Of a stretch of DNA of 64,000 nt, positions 23,917 through 34,728 are shown one piece after another. Source of the stretch: Schizochytrium sp. TIO01 (taxonomy: Eukaryota > Protista > Bigyra: Labyrinthulomycetes); NCBI GenBank assembly GCA_004764695.1, contig SMSO01000032.1, positions 5,240,483-5,304,482 of the forward strand, given 5' to 3'. How positions within the stretch are numbered: position 1 is the first letter of the stretch; each line of letters starts with the position of its first letter. The notes below the pieces were generated by a model. That model was not told the DNA's origin and searched no databases. It saw only the letters and a list, made by a program, of their open reading frames with translations. The position numbers were made by a program, and so were the translations under genes.

Positions 23917-25781
23917 CTGCATGATCTACCTATATCCAAAAATGAACAAATAAATAGCAACATAAACTTCGCGCCTACTAAATTTGAAATGCCAACTAGG
24001 GTTACTTATTAGCTTGTCGGTTGCTATCTAAGCCTTGGAGCTCTCGCTCCTTGTTTTGCTGGGTGTTATAAGTTTATCGTAATCAAACTTCTTTGACTAG
24101 TGTTATAGAGAGGCTCAAAAGAGTTGTCCCTGCTGAGCCTTTTCACTCGTCGCAGTTGTTAATAATTTTTCAGATCTCTCTTTCTCTTTCGTTGCTAATC
24201 ACAACAACAGGAAAAGTAGCATAGTATCGTCAAAAATTCTTGTCTTGATGTCGTTTATAAGTGTGTGGTCTTCATGAACTATTGTAAGGCTTATCCCTGT
24301 GCTACTATCCAGATGCTTCAGGTTTCAGATCTTCAGGTGTACTCGTTTGATAAATTGAAATATGTTTCAGAGTCGTCTACCATAATCAACAGAATTTCAC
24401 GCTTGCTGCTTTGGCACGCATCAAAAATTAAATACTGTCCAATTTCACGAAAATAGATCAAGCTTCACACCAAGTTCAATCTTTACAGCAGATAAACGGA
24501 GTCGTAATTCTCATAATAGTAGAATTGTTTACGAGAAATGACCTGTCCACACAAATGGTCTGTATTGTAACTAAACCAAACATGTACTGAAATTGTGCAT
24601 CTTGTTTTAGTGTGGTGCATATTGATCAAAAGTAGCGTTTCGGAAATCAATATTTTCCATACTTTGTGACAGTTACGTGCGTCAACAAATGCTTTCATGT
24701 TAGCATAGGTCTTCTAGCTTCACTGAAAAGGAACAACCTATACTCACCCAGCTTATCTCATAAGTTTGTACTCACCCTTCACTATGTGAGTGTTCAACTA
24801 TTTAATTACAACTATCTACAACACCATAGTTGCGAGTTTTGTAATTTGAAAACTGTTCTAGTTATGTTGGAGGTGAGGATTCAACCTGCACAATATATAT
24901 ATATAAATACATCATAAGCACATATCGTGACGTTCGTGATGCATTCAGAGTGTTGTCTGCATAATCCAAAACTTTGTTTGAGATTATTTAACAAGGGCCA
25001 AGCTGCGCACAAGCTGTCCCATGCCCTTCCCCTGTGCAGCTTTACAACAATCTATGTAGGTTGAACTACCATGATTATAGCACCTCTTCTAGGTTTTGTC
25101 TGAATTTAATTTGTCAACGACAAGTTCCAATGATGTTCTTCCTCGAGCCAAGTGTTGCATATTATCTGTCACACGTCTAGATCCGTTTAAGCCAAACTTT
25201 TCAAAATTCTTCGGTGATCACTTTTGTCAGTCACCAGATCAACATCGACTGAAGAATCTTTCACTCTTTCATGAATCAGGTACAATAGAGAAGGCCGTGC
25301 AACTGCGTCATGCTTACTTGGTCCATGTTTCATGGGTTCATTTGTTTAAAACCAAAACACTAACATTACATAGAGGCTCCAAGGTCTCTTTTTTCTGACT
25401 CGATCCTCTCATTCATTTCCGGGAGCGCGTTCCCACGTTCCCTTCGTTCCCGCATCATGTCCACGCGTCATCATAACGACCCATAAGAGAATGATGGAAG
25501 CAAGGTATACATTCTAGAAGAACCTCATCCCTTCTTCTTATAACATAATCACTGCAACACCTAAGTTACAGAAGCCCATTAGGTAAGGTATTCTTGGTAA
25601 TATATGACCGCGTGTATGTATCCGCACGACTCTGTTCTCGTGTGGTGAACAGTGCAGTACGCGTTGTCTTGTACCGGCAAGACACCGAAAACACCATTAA
25701 AAGAAGCAATTTAATCGAGTTAAAGTTTCCTACAAGACCGACGCTCGCAGAGAGCGTTGGAGAACGGCAAGAGAACGTTTG

Positions 25782-27392
25782 TTCGCGAAGGTCTCAGTCA
25801 CTCGCGTAAGTCATAGCGTTAGTTCTCCAAGCAAATAAATAGGACTGAGCGAATTCTTTCTTTCCTTTTCTTTCTTTCTTTCTTTCTTTTCTTTCTCCTG
25901 AAGTTCAAGGAGTCCACTCAAAGCGCACTCTCTTCGCGCCCAGGCCTGAAGTGAGAGAGGACGGAGCGGCCGCTGAGCTCTTCGATAACAGTCGAAAAAC
26001 GCGCATCCATCACAGACTGACTGAGCAAGTCATTTGGACCCCTGGGAAAGTCATTCCTCCTACTTTGGGCGATACTATCATGCAAAACAAAATTTTAATG
26101 ACGCACTCCTACCGCTCTCAGTAGGTACTCTTACCCCAACACTCTCTTTTAATTTTAAAAAGCATTAAAACTAGATTAAACTATGCTATGTCTCTTCTAA
26201 AATTAGTTTATTTAGTTAGCGTACTGGTACATGAATGGCTAGCCAACAAACTAAACAAAAAGAAAAAAACTGTTTCAACTTCTTCTTCTTCTTCTTCTTT
26301 ATGGAGCTATAGCCCTATTTATGTATTAGAAGGCGAAGAAAAAGGAACAGAGACTCTGGAAAGAAGCGCAAAAGAGAGGCGGTTTTTCCTTCAAGTTTTG
26401 AGGCCCACAAAGTGTTCCATTGGCGTTCTGATTAGCTCCACCCAGGTGTTCCTACTCTTAGGCCTACGTAAGTAGTATTATAGTAATTGATAGCTATCAC
26501 AGGTCTTCAGTTTGTTTGTCTGTTTGTCTGTTTGTCTGTCTGTTTGTTTGTTGGTTGGTGCCTCTGTTGCGTTGGAGCGAAGAGCAGTCTGCTCAGGGTA
26601 AGGGATAAGCGTCGCGAAGCTTCGCGGGAAGGCCACAATTGAGGAGCTAAGCGAAGCAGCGCCGGCTTTGTCTCCTTTCTTGAATTCCACGAGCGCTTCC
26701 GAAGGGAGCCATGACACAATCGTCGTTTTCGCGAACGGATGACCGGGAGAACGGGCAGTTATACGCCTAGACATTCGCCTATGAGCACGCCCGTAGGAGT
26801 GCTCAAGGGCAAACTACGGCCAACTTACTTAGAAAATCAATTGATGCCTCAACAGTAGCAGTTACGTAGTGTACTATAGTAGCTCTAATGGGTAGTTAAC
26901 CGTCTCGGGGTCCGGTTTTCTGGAGCTGATTCTGTACTTTCCGTGCGCAGAATAGTTCACTTGCAGGAAAGGCTGTAAGTGGGATATAGATGAATGCGCT
27001 ACTGTAGAGTGGCATTCTCTACAGTACGCTGGCCACCTGTGAGACCCTCGAGAACCACCAAGAGCACGGTAGGAGTAGCTACATGGGCGGGTAGGAGTGC
27101 GGCAAGGTAAAAAGCTCTGTCTTTGTACTTGTTACGTAGCAGGTGGTCAGAGAGAATTTGCGCTGCGAGAGTTGATACGGGAATAATAAGGGATCGCGCG
27201 CGCCGTTGGCCAGTAAAAGGCGAGCCCCTTCCTGCTCAAGAAACGGGGCAATCAATAATTTGCAGAGCGACTGATGCGGAGGCAGAAGATAAGCGCCCTG
27301 CAAAGCAGAGAGGTTGAGCCTTCGCGACGGTTCGCATCGACAGAGAGAGAGTCTTCGCGATCAATCGCCTTCCTCAGGCGATGCCGCGCGAA
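25782..27392. promoter_or_regulatory. Cluster of TTCGCG/CGCGAA heat-shock-element-like motifs upstream of DnaJ
   Basis: TTCGCGAA at 25782 and 26728, palindrome CGCGAAGCTTCGCG at 26613, TTCgcGACggTTC at 27321, and further copies at 25933, 27354 and 27387. These fit alternating nGAAn/nTTCn units. Confidence 0.45.
26511..26556 (+). repeat. Compound (TTTG/TCTG)n microsatellite
   Basis: tttgtttgtctgtttgtctgtttgtctgtctgtttgtttgttggtt. Confidence 0.8.
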
Positions 27393-27457
27393 AATCCGAA
27401 GAAACTTGAAGAGAATCAAAAATTGGAAAATTAAATATTTGTAAATGAATAATTGAA

Positions 27458-27491
<34 letters not shown>

Positions 27492-27770
27492 TATGGAAAC
27501 GAAGAAGAAGAAGAAGAAGCGAAGAAAGCCTCCCAACGTCGAACCCCCCGCGCTCTGCATGGCCTCTTTCTGTCTCTGCGGCGCGCTGACCATCAGCAGA
27601 TCTCGCATACGGTTATGATGAGACGGACTTTGCAAGCAGACAGACAGAGAGACAGGCGGGCGAGCGAGCATCTAATTAAGTAATGAAAAACTGTTGATTT
27701 GTTCTTCATCGTCCAGTCTGGTGGTTGATAAGGAGTGAATGAGGTTTTAAAAGTAAAAAGGTAATGATAA

Positions 27771-27901
27771 AATGAATGAATGAATGAGTGAATGAATAAA
27801 TGAATAAATGAATGAATGAATGAATGAATGAATGAATGAATGAATGAATGAATGAATGAATGAATGAATGAATGAATGACTTTGTAAATGAGTGAATGAA
27901 T
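27771..27901 (+). repeat. (GAAT)n microsatellite, partly degenerate
   Basis: Long GAAT run, perfect over about 27807-27879. It generates the spurious FIHS-repeat ORFs on the minus strand. Confidence 0.97.
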
Positions 27902-28068
27902 AGTGAGTAATTTGAGTGATCGAACAAACACCCAAAGCAAAAAGGAAAAGCTCGATCGAGCTTCGCAAGTGCATAGAGCAAGCGAGCAGCGGCGCGGTTG
28001 CTTTTTGGTCTGCGTGATTGCAGACTTGGTTTAGAGAAGAAGAGGAGGAGAAGAAAAGCTACGCAAAG

Positions 28069-29328
28069 ATGTTCTTCGGCGGCGGCGGCTTCCCTGGCGG
28101 CGGCTTTCCCGGCGGTCCCGGAATGGGCGGCATGGGCGGCGGCGAGGTCGAGAACAGCGAGTACTACGAACTCCTTGGAGTAGAAAAGACCTCAGATGAC
28201 GGCACCATCCGCAAGGCGTACCGCAAGCTCGCCATGAAGCACCACCCCGACAAGGGCGGTGACGAGGCTACCTTTAAGCAGATCTCCGAGGCCTACGATG
28301 TCCTCTCCGACAAGGAGAAGCGTGAAACCTATGACCGCTACGGTAAGGAGGGTCTTGAGAACGGCGGCGGCGCTCGCAACGCTGACGACATCTTCTCCAT
28401 GTTCTTCGGCGGCGGCGGCGGTGGAAGGGCTCCCCGTGGACCCCAGAAGGGCGAGGACGTTGTATACCCGCTTAAGGTGACCCTCGAAAACCTCTGCCTC
28501 GGCAAGACCGTCAAGCTGGCCATCAACAGGCAGCGTGTCAAGTACCCGGAGGGCCTCGACGCTGAGTCAGCTGTGACTGAGTGTGGCACCTGTAATGGAC
28601 GTGGTGTGGTCTTGAAGACCGCCCAGATTGGACCGGGCATGATCCAGCGCATGCAAGTTCGCTGCTCGAGCTGTCAAGGTGCGGGTAAGAGCTACAAGAA
28701 GGGCGTCAAGGTTGTCAAGGAGAAGAAGATGCTCGAGGTGTACGTCGAGAAGGGTATGCGCCACAACCAGAAGATTGTCTTTAAGGGTGAGGCCGATGAG
28801 GCTCCCGGTCAGCTTCCCGGAGATGTCGTGTTTGTGATCGACCAGCAGGAACACGCTGTGTTCAGGCGCAAGGGTGCCGACCTGCTCATGGAGAAGCAGA
28901 TCTCCCTGCAGGAGGCTCTCTGCGGTCTCAAGTTCACCCAGGAGCATCCTGATGGTCGCACTCTGATTATCAAGACAGAGCCCGGTGAAATCATCAAGCC
29001 CGACATGATCAAGTCCATCGTGGACGGAGGTATGTCTGTGCACAAACGCCCATTCACCAAGGGCCGGCTCTTTGTTGTTTTCCGTGTTAACTTCCCGGAC
29101 TCGCTCAGCGCACCCCAGATCACCGCACTCAAGTCCGCTCTCCCTTCCTCCGGCAGCGAGAACGAGACCATGCCTGAAGGTGAGATGGTTGAGGAGGTCT
29201 CCATGATGACCGCCTCTGCTGATCAGATCGGACAGGTCTCTGCATCCGCCTCCCACGGCAACGCCTACGACTCCGAGGATGAGGACGATGGCCACGGTGG
29301 CCAGCGCGTGCAGTGCCAGCAGTCGTAA
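28069..29328 (+). CDS. DNAJA: Type I Hsp40/DnaJ (DNAJA/Ydj1-like), cytosolic, CaaX-prenylated
   Basis: J-domain with HPD (KHHPDKGGD), G/F region, two CxxCxGxG repeats, C-terminal substrate-binding domains and terminal CQQS. ATG at 28069 (caaagATG). Strongly biased codons. Confidence 0.95.
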   Translation: MFFGGGGFPGGGFPGGPGMGGMGGGEVENSEYYELLGVEKTSDDGTIRKAYRKLAMKHHPDKGGDEATFKQISEAYDVLSDKEKRETYDRYGKEGLENGGGARNADDIFSMFFGGGGGGRAPRGPQKGEDVVYPLKVTLENLCLGKTVKLAINRQRVKYPEGLDAESAVTECGTCNGRGVVLKTAQIGPGMIQRMQVRCSSCQGAGKSYKKGVKVVKEKKMLEVYVEKGMRHNQKIVFKGEADEAPGQLPGDVVFVIDQQEHAVFRRKGADLLMEKQISLQEALCGLKFTQEHPDGRTLIIKTEPGEIIKPDMIKSIVDGGMSVHKRPFTKGRLFVVFRVNFPDSLSAPQITALKSALPSSGSENETMPEGEMVEEVSMMTASADQIGQVSASASHGNAYDSEDEDDGHGGQRVQCQQS

Positions 29329-29910
29329 ATTAATCATATGCAGCCAGCCAGCTAGCCAGCAAGCCCGTTTCCCTCGCTGCTGATGCTGATGCTCAAGCTC
29401 AAACTGCTTCTGTTATGGCGTCCATTAAACACCGCCTTGGAGCCGTACTAATACAAGTAGTATATTAGGAGTGGTAGAGACAGCAGCAGCAGCCGCCGCC
29501 GCAGTGGAAATCGTAGTAGTAGCAGTAATAGTAGTATTAGTAGCAAGAGCAGCATCAGCACTGCTGGTCTCTCCCCTGGCATCATATTTTCATTTTATTG
29601 ATGATCTCTGTATGAATTATCAAAAATGAATGCTATGGTTGGTGAAGAGATCTCTCTGTATGCACTTGTCTTCTTGCTCACTTTTCTACATTTAGGCATG
29701 CACCCACTTTGCCTGGCATTGTTTGTCCAAATAGCGCTCAGTCGAACCCGGCGCGCATCTATGTTGTCTCCCCTACACACTCCCCTTACTTACACGCTTT
29801 GCGTGCAAACTCAATCACCTACATACTTACACACACTCTTCCACAAACTCTATTCTTTCTCTATGATTCTCTTATTCAACCTTTCCCCCTTCCTCCTTAA
29901 AGCATATCAT

Positions 29911-30310
29911 CTATTCGCCTCGGATGGCCGGGAGTGCAGTTGCTGCGTGCCAACATCTCTGCCTTTTTGCTGAGGTAATGTTATCATCCCCTCTTTCGAC
30001 TATTACTTCTCTTCTTTCCTCATCAAGCTCGAATCGCTGGTTTATCCAACTTTATCTTTGCATCACAGGAGTTGGAGCTGTGCATGAGGTAGAGGCGCCG
30101 ATTTGGAACGGGTATTCTTTTCTACTCGCAAATAGAGCAATGGGACCTTGCTCTTTATGCAGTTGGGTATTCGCTGACCGTGTGCTGCCCTTATTTCTCT
30201 GTTTCCCCTTTGAAAGCTTACCTGTGAGCCTGCGTATTTTATTCACTTCCTCTTCTACCACTGTCCTATGTTCGTGCGGAAGCATTTCAGATTTCTGCCT
30301 GTATTTTGCA
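29911..30310 (-). pseudogene. Possible decayed coding fragment
   Basis: EMLPHEHRTVVEEEVNKIRRL...VMQR*SWINQRFELDEERREVIVERGDD...GE*: one frame with a single internal TAA at 30052-30054. Confidence 0.25.
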
Positions 30311-31148
30311 ATACAAAATGTCCACCTAAGGCAATAAAAGATGAACGTAGTACAATTAAACCTATCACAGTGTAAGCAAGTATTCATACATCATCACTTT
30401 CTGCTGATTCTGTATCTTAAGATATCCAAAACCAAACAATGAAGATCGACTTTTTAGCGTTTCAAGGTTAACTAGAATCGTGCAAATTATTTCAGAAGCT
30501 TTATTCTCTTTTTAATCTTGCTTCCCCGTATTTCCTTCCAATATATCTCAATCAAATCTCAACCTTTTTGAAACCTGTGATGCTTGTTTCTTATCACCGA
30601 CTGAATCATCTTCTGTCTTCTTGTTTAACTAGTCATGAGTACTTTGTTCGGTCGTGATATTGCATTTCTGGTTTGACACTGGAAAAATAACATGTGTTAA
30701 TGATAACTATATATACTAGATAGCCTAGTGCATTAAAAAAATTAATGATAAAGAAAAATGATGATTATTATCATGATTGGATTTTTAATTTTTAAACAAA
30801 ACAAAACAAAAGCAAAACGTTAATTTTAATTTTGAAAAAATGCAGATAACAAAAACCAAAAAAACATGGTTAATATTCCATCTACTCTGCTAATGTATTC
30901 TCGAATCATCATACAATCATCGTGCCACGACACGAATATCCACACGAGCTTCACGTGTGCGTGGGATGATTTTCTACTCCTCAAATGCACAACAACGTAA
31001 TTATGACAAGTGTCAGAGTGCCTCCATCTAACATTTGTTTTATTCAGTGAGAGGCGCCGTGCAAATTAGACCACTAGCATGCGTACATGTATAATATTCG
31101 TAGCAATTGACCACGACCTATCCTCTCTACCTTCAGGATCCATGGAGT

Positions 31149-32915
31149 TTAGGTAACAAGACGGCTTGCACGCTCCTGTACTGCCCTAGATGAGTGAAGA
31201 ATCTCAGCTGCCTCAGCAGACTTTTCAACTTTCTCTCGCACGCGGTCCGTCATCTCAGTTTCAAAGACGCGGATGGCTTGCTCGAGTGGTTTGACACTTG
31301 CCAAAAGACTAGCCAAAGACATGGCATCCATCAGTGCTTGGTTCGCACCTTGACCCTTGAATGGGCTCATAGGATGCACGGCATCGCCCAAAAGAGTCAC
31401 ACGGCGGTTTGGGTCAAGACACGGAATAAATGCTGTATCCGCATCCACCTCAGGGGGCGCTCTATCGTAAGCTGGGTAACCGGTTACATCACAGGCTTGG
31501 GTGTTCAGTAGCAGATCGGGTACGGGGTCGTGCCACGAAGAGCAACGACGTTGTGCCTCTTGCAAAAGCGCCACGGGGCCTGCAGCGCTGAGTGCTTTTG
31601 CTTCTTCAAGTGGCATGGGAAAGCTGAGTTGCCACATTGTGACGCCCTTTGTGAAAGGCATGGTGTAGATCCGCGTCTCGCCACCGAGCGTTTGAAACAT
31701 CTTGTCGTCTGTGAGAAGGTGCGAACATGGGGCGCGACCCAAAATTACAATCAAACCCAAGTACCGTGGCTCCTCGGTACCCATCTTCTGCTGGCGGACC
31801 TTGGACCAAATGCCGTCGCAGCCCACTACAAGGTCGGCGTCTACAGTGAACTCTTTGCCGCCTTGTGAAACATTCTCAAAGGTCACCTTGAGTGGTGCAG
31901 AAGCACTTTCTGCGCATTTGGCGTCAGCCATGACCACATTCTGTTCGTTTTGGTCCTTATCCATGTCTGTTTCACAGCTAGCAGGCCCAGAAGTATTAAT
32001 GGCAGCCTTGCCTGTGGCCTCATAAGAGCGAAAACACGAGCCCCACTTCACCGTACCGGGCTCAAGCGCATCATAAAGCATCTGACGCACAGTTTCACGA
32101 GGAAGTTGAATATTGAACCGCTGTTTGTCAGGCGGCTTTCCATTTGAAAGTGTAGAACAAGTCGTCGAGTGACACTTACGGCCGTATTCGTTAACAATGG
32201 TGCCATTCGGCAAAAGTGAAGCGTGCGAGACAGGCATGGCTCCAAGGTTGACAAGATCTCTAAATCCAAGCCTCCTGAGCGTGTTTGACGCCTGTTGCAT
32301 CGTGAGTGCATACCCTTGCGCTCGCGATCCAAATGATGGATCCCTCTCGTACACTGTGCACGGAATCTCTCTCTGCTGCAGCGCCAAGGCCAGAGCGCAT
32401 CCTCCGATGCCTCCGCCCACGATCACGACCCTTGGGGCATTTACAGGAGCATACTCCGGCACAGATTCTGGAAGAGGCTTGTTCCGTATGCCCACGGTGA
32501 CGCCAAGTCCATTGCACTGCTTGCACACAGACAACGACTGTGCAAGCCATTGTCTCACCTCCTCCCGATTCTCAGGTTGGCGCTTCGTAAGACTCGAGGT
32601 TACCGAACCACCATTATCACACCTGGGAGCGTTTTGGGATGACTGGAGGTTGGAGTTGTTGGCGGTTTTAACATCGTTGTTCACGTTCTTAGGTGTATTG
32701 TCACCGCAAGATTGGGCCTCGAGCTCTTCACGCTGGCGACGCTTGAGGTGCTCAATGGCACCGGCATTGCCAGCCTCGGCAGCCCTGCGAAGAGCATCAT
32801 CGCGAGCCTCCTTGAGCTTGCGCTTCTTGGCACGAGACGGGTTGAAGGCGGAGATGCGAAAACCGCGAGAAAGGCAGGCGCCGCACGCCCGAACAGCAGA
32901 AGGAGGTGTCGCCAT
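31149..32915 (-). CDS. FAD-dependent (class A flavoprotein) monooxygenase with N-terminal split CxxC...CxxCxGxG motif
   Basis: VVIVGGGIGG (GxGxxG), VYERD, DLVVGCDG (DG motif), LLGDAVHPMSPFKGQGAN (GD motif). CGAC and CKQCNGLG lie in the N-terminal extension. Confidence 0.9.
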   Translation of the reverse strand: MATPPSAVRACGACLSRGFRISAFNPSRAKKRKLKEARDDALRRAAEAGNAGAIEHLKRRQREELEAQSCGDNTPKNVNNDVKTANNSNLQSSQNAPRCDNGGSVTSSLTKRQPENREEVRQWLAQSLSVCKQCNGLGVTVGIRNKPLPESVPEYAPVNAPRVVIVGGGIGGCALALALQQREIPCTVYERDPSFGSRAQGYALTMQQASNTLRRLGFRDLVNLGAMPVSHASLLPNGTIVNEYGRKCHSTTCSTLSNGKPPDKQRFNIQLPRETVRQMLYDALEPGTVKWGSCFRSYEATGKAAINTSGPASCETDMDKDQNEQNVVMADAKCAESASAPLKVTFENVSQGGKEFTVDADLVVGCDGIWSKVRQQKMGTEEPRYLGLIVILGRAPCSHLLTDDKMFQTLGGETRIYTMPFTKGVTMWQLSFPMPLEEAKALSAAGPVALLQEAQRRCSSWHDPVPDLLLNTQACDVTGYPAYDRAPPEVDADTAFIPCLDPNRRVTLLGDAVHPMSPFKGQGANQALMDAMSLASLLASVKPLEQAIRVFETEMTDRVREKVEKSAEAAEILHSSRAVQERASRLVT

Positions 32916-33559
32916 GGAGTCCTACCTGCCTTGCAAGCGTCTTGGCTGGCTAAACGCTGGCTAGATGGCTTACCCACTGGCTGGTTTACTCGACACTCGG
33001 CAAGCAGCGTGCTCGCCTGGAGGCTGCGCGCACTGGAGACCCGCTCGAGGTGCGCGGTTTCAGAATTGGGCTGCGTGAGCTGGTTTGCGATGGATGCTCC
33101 GTCGCATTACATTCCACTTATTTTCCCTCATATGAGTATTACTGTTAAAGGAGAATTCGCTCTGCTACAAGAACTTCAATACTCGGCCGTCCAAAACAGC
33201 GTCTGAAGTGGACAAAGCTTGCTCGCGCTCAAGTTCGGTCATCAGAAAGACTTTCCTAGTTTGAAGAGTGCCATGAAACCTTCTCCGCATCAGGACTGCC
33301 TTCACGGTTTGAGTCTGCGGAAGAGTTGATCTCCATCCCGCCTCTATAAAAAGAAAGAAAAAGAAGTTGTTGAAGCAGAAACAGTAGGGGGACGAAAGGA
33401 AGGTGTCCGAAGGGACGATGTGGGTGGCTAGGGACGCAAGCACAAATTGAGAACTGAGCGATCTGGAGAACTGGAGATCTGTGCATATGGAGTTCTGCGG
33501 CAACCTGATCTGGCCTCGCAAAGGGGTTGGCTCTAGCCCATTGGGGATGGCTATAGCAC

Positions 33560-34210
33560 GATAAAGGCTAGTCAGCATGAGAACATTGACGGTTGCTGAA
33601 TGCCGAGTGAAATACATCACGAAAGGGTCACCAGAGACCAAATGATTAGAAAGGATGGACAAGATAGCTATTTTAATTACCATAGATAAAGAGTGATTTG
33701 CTGACAAAATGAACTGATCAAGGAGGTGCACGAGACTTATAAGATCGTAAAGTTTGACTTTGCAAGATGAAAACCGATCAATACTTCCACGATGCTATTT
33801 ATGTACATGCCACATGTGGAGGTCGATTTTAGCACCTATGCTTGATCAAGCGTCTCTTTTCTTGATCAAGCAAAGAGTTTCAGGAAAAATTGAAAGAGAT
33901 GGAAAAGGCGAAACTACCTTGCCTCAACAAATCAATTCGTTACATCTTGCACTGCTCCTGTTTCTGATCAACGCTGTTAGACGGATCGCATAAATGCATA
34001 TTGGCTGCCTCACAAATTATGATGGCAACAATCAAAATCGAGGCACCCTCAATATACAACGCAGAACAAAGTTCGTTTCCTCCATTTATCGGTGCTAGCT
34101 TTGAATGCAGCTCTGAAGAGGAGGTATTTGTTTCGAATTATTATCACGACCATAAACATTCCGTCCTATGCCAGAACAGCAGTAGCTATCAATTGATGCA
34201 AAAAGCTTGA
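33560..34210 (+). pseudogene. Decayed coding relic between the monooxygenase and the kinase
   Basis: Protein-like segments NELIKEVHETYKIVKFDF / KTDQYFHDAIYVHATCGGRF*...KEFQEKLKEMEKAKLP...ILAASQIMMATIKIEAP, interrupted by stops and frameshifts. Confidence 0.25.
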
Positions 34211-34728
34211 TAGCTTTGAAAAGGTTGGGGAAACCAACTTCAACTGAAGAATTTAGATCTCCAGGTCGACATAATAGTAACATCTTTACAATTATTATTC
34301 GTTATATTAGCAATAAAGATGAAATGAGATCAGAGCGTCGACTACAATGACCACCCTGCTCTGCACGCGCTGACATGGCTGCATTAAGCCACCACTGCTC
34401 GTCAGAACTCCATCATAGCGTAGTTGTGCGACTGCCTCGACCTCAGGAACGCTACGGGATGGACACGAAACCAAGGAAGTTCCTCCCCCCCGACGTCAGT
34501 GGATAATGTGAAGAATCTTCTTTTGAGCAATTGGAGGGACCTTTAAACTTGCCTGGAAACAGAACCCTTTTCAGCGCTGCGGCTGAGTTGCGGACGGCCG
34601 CGCTCGTGTGGAGGGCGCATCCCGAGATGGCAGGCGTTCTAGCTCTAGTTAGAGCTCTCGCAAGTCTCACATTTCACTGGGTTCGCATAGGCCTGTTGGA
34701 AGGCGGCTTCGTGAGATCATGGACTGCC

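Noticed and set aside
27000-27026. 10-bp perfect hairpin TACTGTAGAG/CTCTACAGTA
   Set aside because: About one such stem is expected by chance in 64 kb; no other ncRNA features.
10699-27900. ATCase as last exon of a CAD/URA2 fusion
   Set aside because: No CPS or dihydroorotase coding sequence was recognised in the 16 kb upstream.
27593-27981. ORFs with FIHS repeats
   Set aside because: Translations of the (GAAT)n microsatellite.
28338-29337. Long antisense ORFs inside DnaJ, and similar ones inside ATCase, MDRs, carrier and monooxygenase
   Set aside because: Shadow frames caused by codon bias of the real gene; no motifs.
33450-33530. CTGAG...AACCTGATCTGG resembling a TPP riboswitch core
   Set aside because: Lacks the following ATAAT/CCAGCG elements, and there is no thiamine gene nearby.
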